Positions 63,726 to 64,000 of a DNA stretch of 64,000 bases are shown piece after piece. Source of the stretch: Eledone cirrhosa (taxonomy: Eukaryota); the NCBI GenBank assembly GCA_964016885.1, contig OZ024741.1, forward strand, positions 118,916,001 through 118,980,000, read 5' to 3'. Position 1 is the stretch's first letter. Each line of letters opens with the position of its first letter. The translations under genes and the position numbers were made by a program. The notes under the pieces are model-generated. The model had not been told where the DNA came from. It made no database searches and saw only the letters and a program-made list of their open reading frames with translations.

Positions 63726-64000
63726 ATATACATATACATGTGCATTTATAAATATGTATATGTATATAATATATATATATATGCACACATATATATATAC
63801 TTATATATATATATCTATATATAACGATATATATGGAGATATAAAAGATACAGGACCGGAAACCAACCCAAACCAAACAATGAGTGTGTTCTGTTATTTC
63901 TGGCAATATTATAACAATATGACCCTCCCCAAGTATAACAATATATATATATATATTATGGTCCATCTGGTTCCTTACCACATTTACTTCGTTATATATA

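Overview
This is AT-rich, microsatellite-saturated eukaryotic genomic DNA. It is most likely octopus, inferred from the abundant tRNA-derived SINE that resembles the cephalopod OK/OR-type families. I found no intact host protein-coding gene, and almost all ORF-track entries are artefacts of simple repeats. The window holds a 23-bp palindromic-unit minisatellite (1-3887), many SINEs, RTE and I-group (Ingi-like) LINE fossils, small hAT and Tc1/mariner MITEs, and several Penelope-like element (PLE) remnants with GIY-YIG endonuclease. The main signal is a dense set of type I hammerhead ribozyme (HHR) motifs, read by eye, in at least nine unrelated non-coding repeat families, most inserted in (TA)n tracts as head-to-head inverted pairs. 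The most striking case is a ~7.4-kb palindrome (33367-40795) built from two oppositely oriented, near-identical arrays of a 470-bp non-coding unit. It carries 16 minimal HHRs with a palindromic stem III. This looks like a retrozyme (circular-RNA retroelement) integrated by twin-primed rolling-circle reverse transcription, presumably using PLE enzymes. All RNA structures are predicted by eye and none has been tested.
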